Shown one piece after another: positions 44,987 through 54,976 of a stretch of DNA of 64,000 bases; positions within the stretch are counted from its first letter, which is position 1, and each line of letters starts with the position of its first letter. Origin of the DNA: an uncultured Acidobacteriota bacterium (GTDB taxonomy: Bacteria > Acidobacteriota > Vicinamibacteria > Vicinamibacterales > 2-12-FULL-66-21); contig CAVYTY010000021.1 in NCBI GenBank assembly GCA_963771395.1, positions 5,986 to 69,985 of the forward strand, written 5' to 3'. The translations under genes and the position numbers were made by a program. The notes beneath the pieces are model-generated. The model worked only from the letters and a program-made list of their open reading frames with translations. It was not told the DNA's origin and made no database searches.

Positions 44987-45167
44987 GCAAACGCGTCCAC
45001 CGATACCCGCCAGAGCGCGCGGCACGCCGGTCCAGTCCGGCGACGCCGCGCGCTTGTAGCCACCTCTCACGACGTCCGCAGGTCTTGCTCTCGAATAGCA
45101 CCCTCGCCCGGCCTTTGGATGGACGCGGTGAACCGGATCCCCGCCGGCACCGTCAAGCGAGTAGTTG

Positions 45168-45731
45168 ATGCATGAATCGGCCAGCCGGCAGCTCGGGAGC
45201 CTTGTGACGCTCGACGCCAGCCTCGAGCGTGAATTCGAGGAGCTCTTGCACGAGTCGTCGGGCCTGGCTGTCCGCGTCGCGTATGGCGTTCTCCGCCACC
45301 AGCAGGACGCCGAAGAAGTCGCTCAGGAAGCGTTCGCGAAAGCCTACGGCAGGTTTTCCCAATTGCGAGATCGAACCAGGTTCCGGGCGTGGCTGGTCCG
45401 CATGACGTGGCGTCTGGCAATCGATCGGTGGCGTTCGGACAGGCGCCGGCAAGCTCGAGAGCAGGCGGCGTTCGAGCCGCCGCCCGGGGTCACCGCCGAA
45501 GACGTCGCGGTCAGCAACGAACGCGCAGCCCGTCTCTGGCAGGCGATCGATGCGCTTCCCGAGAAGCTCCGCATCGTCATCGTCCTTGCCGCCATTCACG
45601 GCCACGATGTGCGTGAAGCGGCGCAATTGCTCGGCCTGCCGGAAGGCACGGTGAAGTCCCGGTTGTTTCTGGCCCGAAAGGGTCTCGCGCAGAGGCTCCA
45701 ATGTCTTGTGCCCGATACATCACCGCGATAG
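45168..45731 (+). CDS. ECF RNA polymerase sigma factor
   Basis: DAEEVAQEAF, FRAWL, LPEGTVKSRLFLAR. Confidence 0.93.
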   Translation: MHESASRQLGSLVTLDASLEREFEELLHESSGLAVRVAYGVLRHQQDAEEVAQEAFAKAYGRFSQLRDRTRFRAWLVRMTWRLAIDRWRSDRRRQAREQAAFEPPPGVTAEDVAVSNERAARLWQAIDALPEKLRIVIVLAAIHGHDVREAAQLLGLPEGTVKSRLFLARKGLAQRLQCLVPDTSPR

Positions 45732-46429
45732 TCGATCACGCCTGCGGCGCCGGGATCGCGCCTGAAGCCGCTCGCCATCTTGCGGCGTGCACGGCGTGCA
45801 GCGCCCGGTTCGCGGAGCAGCGTCGCCTGCTCGAAGGCCTCGACGATGAGCTTCAGCGGGCCCTGGCGGTCGTCCCGTCAGCCGCTTTCGCCCGAGGGGT
45901 GCACTCGCGTATCGAACACGCGCCGGCGAGTTCCACCCGAGCGCTGTGGTGGAGCGCATGCGGTGTCGCCGCCGCGATCCTGGTGGTCGTCGGTATCAAC
46001 GTGTTGCGTTCGGCGGACGGCGTCCGCCCGCGCCCTGCAGATGTCCCGCTTCAGCCGCCGGCAACGGGCGCGGCACGTGCGCCGAAGGTTCCCGTCGTTT
46101 CACCTGTGGTAGAGGAACGGCAAAACCCTCGGCGCACGGAGCGGCGAGTCGCGCATCGCGTCCGGCGCGGACCGGCTCACGAAGCTCAGACGGTGGCACT
46201 GCCGGCGGCGGAAGTTCTGGTTCCGCCCGATCAACAGCGTGCGATCGCGCATCTGATGCGTATGGTGCGTAGCGGCACGCTCGACGGCTCTCGTCTTCCG
46301 GTGGGTCGGCAGGGTGACTCAGCGACGCCGGCCGAGCTCGTGGTTCCCCCGCTGACCATCGAACCGATTGCTGTGCCGGATGTCGAGATTCCGACCAGCC
46401 CGGTCGCGACCGGACGTAACTCGCAGTGA
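45701..46429 (+). CDS. Zinc-finger anti-sigma factor with one TM
   Basis: HLAACTAC (HxxxCxxC), TM segment, overlaps the sigma gene. Confidence 0.78.
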   Translation: MSCARYITAIVDHACGAGIAPEAARHLAACTACSARFAEQRRLLEGLDDELQRALAVVPSAAFARGVHSRIEHAPASSTRALWWSACGVAAAILVVVGINVLRSADGVRPRPADVPLQPPATGAARAPKVPVVSPVVEERQNPRRTERRVAHRVRRGPAHEAQTVALPAAEVLVPPDQQRAIAHLMRMVRSGTLDGSRLPVGRQGDSATPAELVVPPLTIEPIAVPDVEIPTSPVATGRNSQ

Positions 46430-46442
46430 AGGAGTGCAACTC

Positions 46443-47027
46443 ATGACGAAGCGATGGATTTTCACGGCAGCGTTCGTCGCCGCCGCATTGACGGGTATCG
46501 ACGCGCAGGAGATACCGTTGCCGGTAGCCAAGCCGGCGGCCGCCCCGTCACAGGCCCGCCCGCAGACAGGGCTCAGGGTGCAAATCCTGCTCGCGCGCTA
46601 TCAAGGCGAGAAAAAGATCAGCAGCCTGCCGTACATACTCGGTGTGGTTTCGAATGGCGCGAAGACCAGCCTGAGGATGGGGACACAGCTGCCCATCGCG
46701 TCAACGATGTTTGGCCCGGGCAACCAGCCGTCCATGTCCTATAGCTATAAGGACGTGGGCACGAACATCGATTGCCAGGCGCAGGATGCGGCCGGCGGCA
46801 CCTACAGCCTCGCGATCACCATTTCCGACTCCTCGGTTCAGCTCGAGTCCCCAGAGGGTTCAGCCACCAAGAAGGCGACAATGTCGGACGTGCCGGCGTT
46901 CCGCGCGTTCAACACGACGTTCAGCATGCTGCTGCGGGATGGACAGACCATGCAGTACGCGTCGGCCACCGACTCGGTCAGCGGCGAGGTGACGAAAATC
47001 GACGTGACGCTGAACGTGCTGAAATAG
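46443..47027 (+). CDS. Secreted protein with a secretin-like beta domain
   Basis: AAGGAG RBS, signal peptide, SLRMGTQLPI, YKDVGTNIDC, LLRDGQT. Confidence 0.68.
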   Translation: MTKRWIFTAAFVAAALTGIDAQEIPLPVAKPAAAPSQARPQTGLRVQILLARYQGEKKISSLPYILGVVSNGAKTSLRMGTQLPIASTMFGPGNQPSMSYSYKDVGTNIDCQAQDAAGGTYSLAITISDSSVQLESPEGSATKKATMSDVPAFRAFNTTFSMLLRDGQTMQYASATDSVSGEVTKIDVTLNVLK

Positions 47028-47034
47028 CCTTTTT

Positions 47035-47997
47035 CTAGGCCTTCGGCGCGACGTAGTTCTTCTTGGCCCGTGTCTTCAGACCGCCTTGGGTGACCCGCAC
47101 GCTGACCTCGTGGAGTTTGCCATCACGTTTGGGCGGCGTGAAGGCGAGCAGGTACTGCGTGTGCAGTTCGTCGGCCACTCCGGCGAACGCGGCGCCGAGA
47201 TCCTGTCCGAACCGGATTTCGATGTAGCCGCCGCCCGTCTCCTCGGCGACCCGCGCGAGGCCGGGGTCGGGCAGATCGGCGACGAGCATGGCCTGGAGAC
47301 CGCCCGGTCCCAGGCCCCCAGGAGCCATCGGTGGGTTGCGGCTGCGGCTGCGCATGCCGATCGCATAAATCATCACGTCCTCGCGGCGCGCGCGATCGAT
47401 GACGTCGGCCTGGCTCGACGGACGCTCGCGAAAGCTCGTCGGCCCGCTGTCCTTGCCATCGCTCAGCACGATAATCACCTTCCGGCGGTCGTCCTCCTCG
47501 CCGAAGGCTCCCATCGCCTGATCGATTGCGCGCCAGAGCGGCGTCGGCGCACCGGGCATGATCATCGCCGGCAGCGCGGCGTTGAGCTCGCGCGGATCGT
47601 TGGTGAACGACGGGCTGATCGTGACCTCGTTCCCGAAGCTCCCGACCCGCGCCACGTCGTCCTTCAGAAGACGTCCGAAAAGCTGCGCTCCCGCTGCGCG
47701 CAGCAGCGGGGCGTTGCCCTCCATGCTGCCGGACACGTCGAGCATCACGATGAGACGTATGGGTTGCGGGGTGTTGTCGAACTGAGTAATCGGCTGGGGC
47801 TTGCCTTCGTCGCGAACCTCGAAGTCCTCCTGCTTGAGAGTCGTGGCGAGCCGGCCGTCTCGATCCGTCACCGTTGCGAACACGCGCACCGTGTCACGGC
47901 TGCCGCGAAAGACCGGCTGCTGTTCCGGCTGCTGGGTTGCGCCGACAACGCCAAGGCCACAGGCAATCAGTGCAGCAGACGCGAGACGTCGTTTCAT
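47035..47997 (-). CDS. VWA-domain secreted protein
   Basis: MIDAS DVSGS, TPLW, LSDGKD, EETGG, QYLLAF. Confidence 0.88.
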   Translation of the reverse strand: MKRRLASAALIACGLGVVGATQQPEQQPVFRGSRDTVRVFATVTDRDGRLATTLKQEDFEVRDEGKPQPITQFDNTPQPIRLIVMLDVSGSMEGNAPLLRAAGAQLFGRLLKDDVARVGSFGNEVTISPSFTNDPRELNAALPAMIMPGAPTPLWRAIDQAMGAFGEEDDRRKVIIVLSDGKDSGPTSFRERPSSQADVIDRARREDVMIYAIGMRSRSRNPPMAPGGLGPGGLQAMLVADLPDPGLARVAEETGGGYIEIRFGQDLGAAFAGVADELHTQYLLAFTPPKRDGKLHEVSVRVTQGGLKTRAKKNYVAPKA

Positions 47998-48172
47998 GGA
48001 CGCGATCCTCTGGGTCGCAGGCCTGGCGGGCTCCCCCAAGTCATAGCACGTAAGGGCGCCTGGTCGATAGCGGGCTTTCTCTGGCCAGGTCGGGCGGGCC
48101 CTGGCCGCGGCGGGCTGGAGCGAGGCGCGCTGGGACGTCCGACGATGCGACCTGCGTTAGGATGTCAACGAC

Positions 48173-49280
48173 GTGGCTTCTCTCACGCGCCGTTGCCTGT
48201 CTGTTCGTTCCCGTAGGTTGATCGCGCTCGGTGCGCTCATCCCCCTGTTGATCGCTGCCGTCGGCGCTGAGCCGCTCACCAGCATCCCCAACCCGCGCAC
48301 CCGCGACGGCACCTGGGTGACCGACATGCCCGGGATGCTGCGCGCGGACACGATTGCCCGGCTCAACTCCACCATCAGCGAATTCGAACGGACGAACGGC
48401 GCCGAGATGGCGGTCGTCGTGATCCGATCGCTCGATGGTCTGTCGATCGAGGAAGCAGCGGTCAAGCTGTTCGACCTCTGGAACATCGGCAAGAAGAGCA
48501 AGGACAACGGGCTGCTGCTGCTCTGGTCCACCGGCGATCGCCGCGTCCGCGTCGAAGTCGGCTATGGGCTCGAGGGCGTGCTTCCCGACGGCAAGGTTGG
48601 CGCGATTCTCGATGCCTACGTGATACCGAAGTTCAAGTCGGGCGAGTTCGACGAGGGTCTGCTTGCCGGCGTCGATGCGCTCCTGAGCGCGGCGCGCAAC
48701 GAGCCGGTGGAGTTCCCGTCTCCGCGGAGCGAGTCCTACGAGAGCGGCTCGCCTGGCATCGGCACGATACGTGATCGGCGTGCTGGGCGCGATCCCGGTT
48801 GCGCTGGGCTCGATCTTCGGCTTCCGGAAGTGGCGCCGACGCCGCCGCCGCCGGTGCCCGGCGTGTCAGACGCTGATGGTCTGCCTCGGCGAGACCGACG
48901 ACGACGCGCTGCTCGAGAAGGGGCAGCGGGCAGAGGAGCGGATCGGGAGCGTCGATTACGATGTGTGGAAGTGCGGGGCCTGTGGGCATCATTTCACGCT
49001 GCGGTACCCGAAATGGGTCAGCGGCTACGCGAAGTGCCCGCAGTGCCACAACCGCACGAAGTCGTCCACCGAGAAGGTCATCGAGCACGCGAGCACGACC
49101 AGCAGCGGCAGCGCGCGCGTCGTCGAGCAGTGCGCGTTCTGCACCTTCCGTCGGGAGTACACGAAGGTCCTTCCGCGCATCGAGTCGAGCTGCTCGTCGT
49201 CGAGCGGTTCATCGGGCGGCGGGTCCGGCAGCTTCGGCGGCGGCAGATCGGGCGGTGGCGGAGCCAGCAGGGGATACTAG
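48173..49280 (+). CDS. TPM-domain membrane protein with four CxxC motifs and a Gly/Ser tail (frameshift ~48770)
   Basis: WNIGKKSKDNGLLL, RVEVGYGLEGVLPD, TM, CPAC/CGAC/CPQC/CAFC, FGGGRSGGGGASRGY. Confidence 0.88.
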
Positions 49281-49299
49281 TCGAGAGCCAGCCCCCAGG

Positions 49300-49740
49300 T
49301 CACTTATTCCTGGCTGCTTCCAGCAGGGCGAGCTCTCGCGCGATCTGTTGGCGGATCTTGCGCACTTTACGGCGGTGCAGTGCCTTCTCTGCGCTCTTGA
49401 ACAACAGATTGAGATCCATCCCGCAGCACTTCGATGCCCACTCCGCCGACTGCCGTTGCAAAACGCCCAGCGTGAATTCCTTGCGCAGCTGTTCCTCCAG
49501 AGTGGGCGCGTAGACGCGCTGCTCGACGCTGGTCTTGAACGTCGGCACTGGCAGCGGCAGTGGCATGTCGAGCAGCCTTGGGGCAGGGGTCTCTTTCAGC
49601 TGTTCTCTGATTCGTTCCAGGGAAACGGGTGAGGCGCCAGCCGGCGGCTGAGGCGCTGCTGCGAGGCGAACGGGAGGGCTCACAACGAGCGCAAGCAGGG
49701 ACAGGATGCCAACCGCGGTCGTTGAGCTGAACATCGCCAC
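49300..49740 (-). CDS. Hypothetical secreted protein
   Basis: Signal peptide, PVSLERIRE. Confidence 0.6.
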   Translation of the reverse strand: MAMFSSTTAVGILSLLALVVSPPVRLAAAPQPPAGASPVSLERIREQLKETPAPRLLDMPLPLPVPTFKTSVEQRVYAPTLEEQLRKEFTLGVLQRQSAEWASKCCGMDLNLLFKSAEKALHRRKVRKIRQQIARELALLEAARNK

Positions 49741-49885
49741 CTGACGGGTTTAGACGCCCGAACGTGGCTTTGGCCTTTCCGTCGCAGCCAGCAGGCCTGT
49801 GGCCCCGCTTCCGTCGAGACCTTCATCGAAGACGCCACGCAAAACCGTCGTGCAACCTCGCGCCGTCGTCAACGTATTGTCGGCT

Positions 49886-50923
49886 ATGAATCGTTATCTC
49901 AGGGTCGGCCTTCGCCTCCTTTTGCTGATCCTTGCGAGCTCCGGCCAGGCAGGCGCCCAAAGTGCGGGCGCACGGGTGGCGCTCGACGAGCAGACATTTG
50001 TCCAGATTGGCGGCATCGAGCAATGGATCTCGATCCGCGGGCAAGATCGGGACAACCCCGTCATCCTGGTCCTCCATGGCGGACCAGGCGTCAGCAACGC
50101 CGCGTTCGCCCCGGCGTTCATTCCCTGGGAGAAGCACTTCACGGTAGTGGAGTGGGACCAGCGCGGTGCGGGCCGGACGTTCGGGCGCAACGGACCGCAA
50201 GGAACCGGAGTGCTCTCGATCGATCGTCTGACCCAGGACGGGGTCGAGCTCACCCAGCACCTCAGATCGCTCTTGCGGAAAGACAAGGTCATCCTGTTCG
50301 GCCTCTCGTTCGGCTCAGTGATCGGGATGAGGATGGTGCAGGCGCGCCCCGAACTATTCGCGGCATACGTCGGTTCGGGGCAGTTCGTGAACGCGGCCGA
50401 TGGCGATGCGCTGGGTTACCAGCTCACGCTGGCGCAGGCGCGTGCGGCCGCGAACACTGAAGCGATTACGGCGCTGGAAGCGATGGGCCCGCCACCGTGG
50501 CCGGACGTCAAGACGCGGAGCGCGGCGAAGGGTTGGGCCACGCGAATGACGAAAGCGGACGATCCGGCGAGCAAGATGAACGTCGTCGCCATGTTGAAGG
50601 CGCTGCCCGGCTTCTCCGATGCCGATCTCAAGAACCTGGGGGCAGGCATGGCATTCTCAACCGAGCCGCTGGTCCGCGACGCCATGTCGTTCGATGCGCG
50701 GACGCTCGGTCCGCGTTTCCCCATCCCTCTCTTCATCTTTCAGGGCGCGGACGACCTGAACACTCCGACACCGCTCGTGCAGCAGTGGTTTGCCAATCTC
50801 GACGCGCCCACGAAAGCCATGGTCATCGTCGACCACGCGAGCCATGGAGCGTTCTACACGCACAGTCAAAAGCTCGGGGACTTCCTTGCGGAGCGTGTCC
50901 GCCCCCTCGCAGTCGGAAAGTGA
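49886..50923 (+). CDS. Secreted alpha/beta hydrolase (proline iminopeptidase-like)
   Basis: LHGGPG, WDQRGAG, GLSFG nucleophile, SHG. Confidence 0.9.
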   Translation: MNRYLRVGLRLLLLILASSGQAGAQSAGARVALDEQTFVQIGGIEQWISIRGQDRDNPVILVLHGGPGVSNAAFAPAFIPWEKHFTVVEWDQRGAGRTFGRNGPQGTGVLSIDRLTQDGVELTQHLRSLLRKDKVILFGLSFGSVIGMRMVQARPELFAAYVGSGQFVNAADGDALGYQLTLAQARAAANTEAITALEAMGPPPWPDVKTRSAAKGWATRMTKADDPASKMNVVAMLKALPGFSDADLKNLGAGMAFSTEPLVRDAMSFDARTLGPRFPIPLFIFQGADDLNTPTPLVQQWFANLDAPTKAMVIVDHASHGAFYTHSQKLGDFLAERVRPLAVGK

Positions 50924-51014
50924 CGCTGAGGTCCGGGTCTTCTTTCCCGACGCCTTCGGGTCGAGCTCGCTGCAGCCCGTGTATCCTCTAGGTGGCCGAA
51001 GGAAAGGGGAGACG

Positions 51015-51401
51015 ATGAGAGTCAGAGTCAGGGACAGTATCGTCTGGGCGGCGTTCGTCGTGGCCGCGAGTGGCGTGGCTGGATGCACTGCCCCGAAACC
51101 TCTGGAGGTGGCATGCAGAATGGAAAAGGATCAAATCGATGTGGTGCGCCTCGACCTGGCTCGGGGGCAGGCCACACTGCTGTCGGTCTCACCAGCTCTC
51201 GCAGGTACTGCTCACGCCTCACCCACCGAATACGAGGTCCTGTTTCAGCCTGGACCGGATGGCGCCTCGCGTCTGCTGATCAAGATCAACCGCTACTCAT
51301 TTCGCGCGACGCGCGAGCTCGGACCACAGGGTGCCGGGGCAGCTGCGGCCGGTCCACTGTCTACTGGAACATGCGAGCGCTACAAGGGGAGGCCGCTCTG
51401 A
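51015..51401 (+). CDS. Hypothetical lipoprotein
   Basis: GGGGAG RBS, lipobox VAGC. Confidence 0.65.
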   Translation: MRVRVRDSIVWAAFVVAASGVAGCTAPKPLEVACRMEKDQIDVVRLDLARGQATLLSVSPALAGTAHASPTEYEVLFQPGPDGASRLLIKINRYSFRATRELGPQGAGAAAAGPLSTGTCERYKGRPL

Positions 51402-51429
51402 CGATCGCGTCAAGGTCGCGGCCGTCAGG

Positions 51430-54049
51430 TCAATCGCCTCGGAGTGTTATCGCCGGTTCGACTCGCGTGGCCCGCGCCGCCGGAATCCACGTCGCGGCCA
51501 GGGAGCTTGCCAGCAGGATGGCGGCAATCTCGAGGTACGCGATTGGGTCGAACGGACTCATGCCGTAGAGCGCCCGTCGCAGCAGCGGCGTGACGATGAG
51601 CGACAGCGCCAGGCCTGCGGCAAGACCGGCCAGCACCGGCCGGGTCGCGCCACCGAGAACCAGTTGCACGACCTGCGACCCACGCGCGCCGAGCGCCATG
51701 CGGACGCCAATCTCGCGCCGCCGCTCTTCCACCATCGAGGCAAATACCCCGAACGCGCCGAGCATGGCCAGCACGAGGGCGAGCCCCCCGACCATCCAGG
51801 CGAGGCGGCTGCCGATGACCAGGTTCCTCAACGAATCGCGCACCTCGTCGATCAGGGGACGACTATAGGATGAGGCTCCCGGCACGGTCGCTTCCACCAG
51901 GTCCTTGATCCGTGCCGACACCGCCGGCGAGCGATCGCGGACGAGCACGAAGTAGCCCGAATGCATTGGCTGGTAGATCACCGGCTCCACTTCCGTCAGC
52001 GTCGACGTCGGCACGTCAACCACGACGCCGACGATCTCGTGGGACTCCGATGGCTGGTCGCTGCCGCCGCTGACGACCCGCTTGCCGATAGGATCTTCAT
52101 CTGGCCACAGCAGGCGTGCGGCCGATTCGCTGACCACGAGCTCGCGACCGCGGAGGCGGTCGCCGAACGGGCGGCCGGTCACGAACCGAATGTCGAGGAC
52201 GCCAAAGTAGCTGGCGGACACGGGGCGCAGCACGAGCCCTCGATTCTTCTCAGCCTCCTGGTTCGGATGGCGGACGCCGATCTCCATTCTGTGGCTCGTG
52301 ATTGGCGGCAGACTGCTGAAGGCGGTTGGCGGCAGGCCGGCTGTCGTCAGCGTTTCGCGGATAGTCGTCAGGGCGTCGGCGTGCGCGCTGCGCGGCACGT
52401 GGAGCGATACCATTTGAATGTCGGCGATGGCGAAACCCGGATCGAGCGACATGGCGTGCGAGACCGCACGGGTGAGAAGCGCCGCGCCGAGCAGCAGCAC
52501 GGTGGAGAGCGCGATCTGCATCGCCAGGAGGGAGACGCGAAGACCATGGCTCGAGGGGCCGGCGAGCGCCCTGTCCTTCCCGCTGCCAATCGCGGCGGCC
52601 CGCGTGACACGGAGGACTGGACCCACGCTGGCGAAGGCGCAGGCCACCATGGACATCAGCAGCGTGAAGAGGAACGCGAGGGCATCCGGCGCGAAGTGCG
52701 CATCGTTCCTGATCTCATTGCCGCTCAGCCGGACGAGCAGCAAAGGCACCGTGTTTGCGAGGTACAGCGCGACCAGGCCGGCAACGAGCGACAGAACCAG
52801 GACTTCCGTGATGAGCTGGCGAGCCACCCGCGACTGGCTCGCGCCGAGCGACAGCCTGATGGCGATCTCGTCTCGCCGCGCAACTGTTTTGGCGAGGACC
52901 AGATTGCCGGCATTGGCGCAAGCGAGCAACATGACCAGAAGGAGCGCGAGAAACATCAGAGAATAGGTGGGCAGGTCGCGGCGGACGGTCTTGTTGTCCG
53001 CCGAGAGCGGCCGCGTATCCGCGAGCCGCAAACCGGGGGCCTCCATCGCGTGTGCGCTGCGGAACTGGCGGCTGAGCACGTCGAGCTCTGCCAGGGCTTC
53101 CTCGGCGGTCACGCCCGGCCGCAGCCGGCCGAACACCTGGCTTGAAAAACTCCGCCGGGGGTTGTCGAACGTCCGCAGCCACGGGGACTTCCGGTCGTAC
53201 GCCATCCCCACCGTCGTCAACGGCAGCCAGACATCAACCCGGATGCTGCCTCGGACATCAGCGAATCCGCGTTCGGCAACGCCGACGACGGTCACCGTCT
53301 GTTCGCCGACCCGAATCCGACCGCCGACCAGTCCCGGATCGCTCGCGAAGTACCTGGCGCCAGACGCGTTCGCTGACGATGGCGACGTCCTTCGGCGAGA
53401 GGTAATCCTCCTCCTCGGGAAGAAACGCTCGGCCCTGTTCCATGCCGATACGAAGCGCGTCGAAGTAGTTCGCCGTGACGTACTGCGTCTGCAGGGTCGC
53501 GAACATGGTGCCGTCGCTGCGGCCGATGGGGGCGCCGCCGCCGATGCTCGCAGACAGATGTGAAAACCGCCGCGCGTGCTCGCGGAAGTACCGGTACTCG
53601 AGGCTGGAAAGCGTGCCGTATTGTTCGTTGCTGGCGGGGCGCGGCCTGATCACCACGATCGACGACGGATCGGGCACCGGCCAGGGCTGAAGTACGTTCG
53701 CATTGAACGCGGTGAAGAGCGCCGTCACGAGACCGATCCCGAGCGTCAGGATGAGGACGACGCTCGCGCTGAAGACGGGCTGGCGGCGGATCGTTCGCAG
53801 GACGTACCGGACGTCCTGGCCGACACTGACGAGCCACGGGATGAGCCAGACCGCGCGACTGTCCTCGAGGCAGCGCACCGGGTTTCCGAATTCCTGCAAC
53901 GCCGTGCGCCGCGCCTCGTCTCTGGACATGCCGCGGTCGACGAGATCGTCGACGCGCTCGGCGATGTGCGCCTGGATCTCCTGCGCGAGCTCAGAATCGG
54001 CGCGCCCCCGGCCGACGATCTCTCGCCACCATTTCATAACTGGGGTCAT
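51430..54049 (-). CDS. Duplicated MacB/FtsX ABC permease (ADOP type), frameshift ~53350
   Basis: QDVRYVLR, LACANAGNL, RRREIGVRMALGA, PAARATRVEP. Confidence 0.92.
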
Positions 54050-54387
54050 GACTGGGCAGGCCTCATCACCTTGAGCACACCGGCGAGGAGCTGCTCGAAC
54101 GCGGTGACCTTTCGCTCGAGCTGCTTGCGTCCGAGAGGCGTGAGCCGGTAGATGCGAACCTGGCGGTTGCGTTCCGAGACCGACCAGGCCGCCGTCAGCC
54201 AGCCCGCCCTCAGCATCCGCTGCAGCGCGGGGTAGAGGGAACCCTCGTCGACGCGGACGAGGTCATCGGAGGCGCGCTTGATCGCCTGGGCCAGCGCGTA
54301 GCCGTGCAGCGGGCCGAGCCTGAGCGTCTGCAGCACCATCATCTCGAGGGCGCCGGGGAAGAGGTCCTGTCGATCTGGCTTTGTCAT
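54046..54387 (-). CDS. PadR-family regulator, acidobacterial type
   Basis: LHGYALAQ, VDEGSLYPALQRM, YRLTPLGRKQL; overlaps the permease start. Confidence 0.93.
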   Translation of the reverse strand: MTKPDRQDLFPGALEMMVLQTLRLGPLHGYALAQAIKRASDDLVRVDEGSLYPALQRMLRAGWLTAAWSVSERNRQVRIYRLTPLGRKQLERKVTAFEQLLAGVLKVMRPAQS

Positions 54388-54411
54388 GCTATACCTATCG
54401 CAACTATGCCT

Positions 54412-54440
54412 AGAGTAGATCTGCCTCGTGGCCATGTCAA
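54412..54440 (-). promoter_or_regulatory. Sigma70-type promoter for the padR-permease pair
   Basis: TTGACA (54440-54435), 17 nt, TACTCT (54417-54412). Confidence 0.65.
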
Positions 54441-54490
54441 GCGGGACATTTCGCCTTGCCCTCTGCCCGTGTCGGCGTTACCGTTCTCGC

Positions 54491-54973
54491 ATGGCAAGAA
54501 TGGACCTTACCGTCAATGGCCGCGCGCGGGCCGTCGACGTGGATGAGTCGACGCCGTTGCTCTATGTCCTCGCCGACGAGCTCGCGCTCAACGGCCCGAA
54601 GTTCGGCTGCGGCCTCGGCCAGTGTGGCGCCTGCACCGTGATCGTCAAGGGTCAGGCGATTCGTTCCTGCGTCACTCCCGTCAGAGCGGTCGCCGGCGTC
54701 GAGATCACGACGCTCGAAGGCCTGGGCACTCCCGAAAAGCCGCATCCGATCCAGCAGGCCTTCATCGAGGAGCAGGCCGCGCAGTGCGGCTTCTGTTTGA
54801 GCGGTGTCATCCTCGCCGGAAAGGCGCTGGTCGATCGCCACCCGAAGCCGACCGAGGAACAGATTCACCAGGCTCTCTCCGGCGTGCTCTGCCGCTGCTT
54901 CGGGCACGCCCGGATGATCGCGGCGATCAAACGGTATGCGGCTGGGAGGACGGCTGTCCTTCCTGGGAGGTAA
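54491..54973 (+). CDS. (2Fe-2S) small subunit of a molybdenum hydroxylase (IorA/CoxS-like)
   Basis: GCGLGQCGAC, QCGFC, LCRC. Confidence 0.94.
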   Translation: MARMDLTVNGRARAVDVDESTPLLYVLADELALNGPKFGCGLGQCGACTVIVKGQAIRSCVTPVRAVAGVEITTLEGLGTPEKPHPIQQAFIEEQAAQCGFCLSGVILAGKALVDRHPKPTEEQIHQALSGVLCRCFGHARMIAAIKRYAAGRTAVLPGR

Positions 54974-54976
54974 GTC

